Assembly: GCA_036394655.1 (NCBI GenBank)
Contig: DASWER010000428.1
Location: forward strand, 1-46,602
Length of the DNA: 46,602 nucleotides
Source: Burkholderiales bacterium
GTDB lineage: Bacteria; Pseudomonadota; Gammaproteobacteria; Burkholderiales; SG8-39
Direction of reading: 5' to 3'
The first letter of the stretch is position 1; each line of letters begins with the position of its first letter. The notes under the pieces are model-generated. The model was not told the DNA's origin, made no database searches, and saw nothing but the letters and a program-made list of their open reading frames with translations. Made by a program: the position numbers and the translations under genes. Shown here one piece after another: positions 43,980 through 46,602 of the stretch.

Positions 43980-45772
43980 GCGCTTCAGCAGTCCTGCTGC
44001 AGTTCCTGAACGGGCTCGCCGCCGCGAGCTCGCTCTTTCTCCTCGCCGCCGGGCTGTCGCTGATCTTCGGCGTCAGCCGCATCGTCAACTTCGCGCACGG
44101 CTCGCTATACATGCTCGGCATGTACCTCGCCGTGTGGCTCGCGCCCAAGATGGGATATTGGCTGAGCGTGCCGCTCGCCGCGACGCTCGTGGCGCTCGCC
44201 GGCGCGGCGGTCGAGATGCTGGTGCTGCGCCGGCTGTACAAGGCGCCCGAGCTGCTGCAGCTGCTCGCCACCTTTGGCCTCGTCCTGCTGGCTCGCGATT
44301 TCGCCCTCTGGGCCTGGGGGCCGCAGGACCTGCTCGGCCCGCGCGCGCCGGGATTCGCCGATGCCGTCGAGATCGCTGGCTCGCGCTTCCCGCGCTACGA
44401 GCTGCTGCTGATCGCGCTCGGTCCGCTGGTCTTCGGCTCGCTCCATCTGCTCCTTACCCGCACGCGCTGGGGCACGCTGGTGCGGGCGGCGACCGAGGAC
44501 CGCGAAATGGCGGGCGCCCTCGGCGTCAACCAGCGCTGGCTTTTCACCGCAGTGTTCGCGCTCGGCGCATTGCTCGCGGGTCTCGGCGGCGCGCTCGCGG
44601 TGCCACGCGAGCCGGCGAGCCTGGAAATCGATCTCGCTGCGATCTCGGACGCTTTCGTGGTGGTCGTGGTGGGCGGCCTCGGCTCGATTCCGGGCGCATT
44701 CCTCGCCGCGCTGCTGATCGGCGAGGTGAAGGCGTTTTGCATCGGCCTCGGCTACTCGAAGGCCACGCTCGCCGTCGAATTTGTCGTCATGGCGCTGGTG
44801 CTGGTGCTGCGGCCGTGGGGCCTGCTCGGCAAGCCCGTGCTGTCACAGCGCGGTGCCGCGGCACCGGAGCCGCCGCTCGCTCGGCTGGGGCCCAAGGGCT
44901 GGCTCGCGTTCGCCGCAGCTCTCGCCGTGCTTGCCCTCCTCCCGCTCGCCAGCGGCGAATACACCCTGGTGTTGCTCACCGACGTGCTGGTGTTCGCGCT
45001 GTTCGCTGTCAGCCTGCACTTCATGATGGGACCCGGCGGGCTGGTGTCGTTCGGTCACGCCGCATATTTCGGCCTCGGCGCCTATGGCGCAGCGCTCCTG
45101 CTGTTGCGCTGGCACGCGCCGATGGAACTGGCGCTCGCGCTGGCGCCGCTCTTCGCGCTGGCGGGCGCGCTCGCGTCCGGCTGGTTCTGCGTGCGATTGT
45201 CGGGCGTGTATCTCGCGATGCTGACGCTCGCCTTTGCACAGATTGCCTGGTCGATCGCCTTCCAATGGGACAGCGTCACCGGCGGCTCGAACGGCCTGAT
45301 CGGGGTGTGGCCGGCGGCGTGGCTCGCCTCCAAGTCCGCTTACTACTATCTCGCCCTCGGCATCTGCGCTGCGAGCGCCGCGCTGCTGTGGCGTGCGCTC
45401 GATGCGCCTTTGGGATACACGCTGCGCGCGGCGCGCGACTCGCCGCTACGCGCCGATGCCATCGGCATCGATGTACGGCGCACGCAATGGATCGCCTTCA
45501 CGATCGCGGGTACGTTCGCCGGCATCGCGGGCGCGCTGTACGCCTTCTCCAAGGGGTCCATCTCGCCCGAGACGCTTTCGGTGCCGCGCTCGGTGGACGC
45601 GCTCGTCATGGTGCTGCTGGGCGGCGTGCAGACCCTCACCGGGCCCGCCTGGGGCGCAGCGCTCTTCACCTGGCTCGAGGACTCGCTCGCGCGCGACTTC
45701 AACTACTGGCGAGCTGCCATGGGCGCACTGATCCTCGCGCTGGTGCTGGTGCGGGAGCGCCTGGGCCGATGA
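43976..45772 (+). CDS. Fused LivH-LivM-type ABC transporter permease
   Basis: 598 aa. The N-half is LivH-like (LNGLAAASSLFLLAAGLSLIFGVSRIVNFAHGSLYMLG) and the C-half is LivM-like (GGLVSFGHAAYFGLGAYGAALL). TTG start overlaps the SBP stop. Confidence 0.85.
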   Translation: MSASAVLLQFLNGLAAASSLFLLAAGLSLIFGVSRIVNFAHGSLYMLGMYLAVWLAPKMGYWLSVPLAATLVALAGAAVEMLVLRRLYKAPELLQLLATFGLVLLARDFALWAWGPQDLLGPRAPGFADAVEIAGSRFPRYELLLIALGPLVFGSLHLLLTRTRWGTLVRAATEDREMAGALGVNQRWLFTAVFALGALLAGLGGALAVPREPASLEIDLAAISDAFVVVVVGGLGSIPGAFLAALLIGEVKAFCIGLGYSKATLAVEFVVMALVLVLRPWGLLGKPVLSQRGAAAPEPPLARLGPKGWLAFAAALAVLALLPLASGEYTLVLLTDVLVFALFAVSLHFMMGPGGLVSFGHAAYFGLGAYGAALLLLRWHAPMELALALAPLFALAGALASGWFCVRLSGVYLAMLTLAFAQIAWSIAFQWDSVTGGSNGLIGVWPAAWLASKSAYYYLALGICAASAALLWRALDAPLGYTLRAARDSPLRADAIGIDVRRTQWIAFTIAGTFAGIAGALYAFSKGSISPETLSVPRSVDALVMVLLGGVQTLTGPAWGAALFTWLEDSLARDFNYWRAAMGALILALVLVRERLGR

Positions 45773-46509
45773 CGGCACTCGTGGTGCAGGGGCTGAGCAA
45801 GAGCTATGGCGGCGTGCAGGCCTTGCGCGGCGTGTCGTTCAGCGTGTCCTCGGGTGAGCTGGTGGCGATGATCGGCCCGAACGGCGCCGGCAAGACCACC
45901 TGCTTCAACCTGCTGAACGGCCAGCTCGCGCCCGATGCCGGCGCCATCGAGCTCGACGGTCAGAGCCTCGCCGGTCGCGCGCCGCGCGACACCTGGCGCC
46001 TCGGCGTCGGGCGCACGTTCCAGATCACCGCGACCTTCGGCTCCATGACCGTGCGCGAGAACGTGCAGATGGCACTCCTCTCCTCTCAGCAGCGGCTCAG
46101 CTCGCCAGTGGCCGCGTTCTCGGGGCTTGCGTTCGCCGCAGCCGATGCGCTGCTCTCGCGCGTAGCGATGCTGGAGCAGGCCGCGCGCCCTTGCGCGGTG
46201 CTGGCTTATGGCGACCTGAAGCGCGTCGAGCTGGCGATCGCGCTCGCGAATCGTCCGAAACTTCTCCTGATGGACGAGCCCACGGCGGGCATGGCGCCCC
46301 AAGAGCGCGCCGAGCTGATAACGCTTGCGGCATCGCTCGCCAGGAGCGAGGGCATCGCGGTGCTCTTCACCGAGCACGACATGGACGTGGTATTCGGCCA
46401 TGCCGATCGCGTCATGGTGCTCTACGCCGGCGAAGTCATCGCGAGCGGCGCGCCCGCCGAGATCCGCGGCAATGCCCGGGTACAGGAGGTCTACCTTGGC
46501 CCTGCTTGA
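45769..46509 (+). CDS. ABC transporter ATP-binding protein, LivG-like
   Basis: Last 246 aa of ORF 44134..46509, with GPNGAGKTT, the signature YGDLKRVELAIAL and LLLMDEPTAGM. ATG 45769 overlaps the permease stop (ATGA). Confidence 0.9.
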   Translation: MTALVVQGLSKSYGGVQALRGVSFSVSSGELVAMIGPNGAGKTTCFNLLNGQLAPDAGAIELDGQSLAGRAPRDTWRLGVGRTFQITATFGSMTVRENVQMALLSSQQRLSSPVAAFSGLAFAAADALLSRVAMLEQAARPCAVLAYGDLKRVELAIALANRPKLLLMDEPTAGMAPQERAELITLAASLARSEGIAVLFTEHDMDVVFGHADRVMVLYAGEVIASGAPAEIRGNARVQEVYLGPA

Positions 46510-46602
46510 GCTCAAGGGAGTCAGCGCCGGTTACGGGCGCGCCCGGGTGCTGTTCGACGTCAGCCTGAAAATCGAACCTGGCGAGGTGGTGATGCTCGCC
46601 GG
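46496..46602 (+). CDS. ABC transporter ATP-binding protein, LivF-like, 5' fragment (runs off window)
   Basis: TTG 46496 has AGGAGG 6 nt upstream. Translation is (M)ALLELKGVSAGYGRARVLFDVSLKIEPGEVVMLAG. Confidence 0.8.
   Translation, partial: MALLELKGVSAGYGRARVLFDVSLKIEPGEVVMLA

Noticed and set aside
44134-45768. Upstream 545 aa of ORF 44134..46509
   Set aside because: This is an out-of-frame read through the LivHM permease gene. The genuine LivG-like protein starts at ATG 45769, overlapping the permease stop.

Overview
GC-rich (roughly two-thirds G+C by eye, not computed) bacterial chromosomal segment with almost no non-coding space. I call 47 protein genes, 3 tRNAs and a few terminators and promoter candidates. 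Gene order looks betaproteobacterial (smc-zipA-ligA; dapC-dapD-dapE-prmB; tRNA Pro-Arg-His), and the content is mostly housekeeping. Minus-strand blocks are pyrH-tsf-rpsB, smc-zipA-ligA-galU-hpt-mtnP-def, rimP-nusA-infB-rbfA-truB-rpsO-pnp and dadA-hydrolase-yciO-M50-trpS-scpA-scpB-rluB. Plus-strand blocks are map-glnD, queF-dapC-dapD-pilU-dapE-prmB and dksA. I saw no transposase, integrase, CRISPR array, rRNA or phage genes. Many adjacent genes share 1-4 nt stop/start overlaps (ATGA, GTGA, TTGA). Most long extra ORFs in the six-frame track are antisense or out-of-frame shadows typical of high-GC DNA. The least ordinary part is 37-46.6 kb. (i) A 1130-aa single polypeptide joins an unknown N-terminal domain to a GltD/NfnB-like Fe-S flavoprotein module and a PyrK/NfnA-like module. 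(ii) A compact apparent operon starts at an AT-rich 28-bp palindrome that overlaps a sigma70-like promoter and the start codon of a small ribbon-helix-helix protein. That gene is translationally coupled to a nicotinamidase carrying a twin-arginine-type signal peptide, followed by a Liv-type ABC importer with fused permease. All functional calls rest on motif recognition and synteny read by eye, not on database searches.
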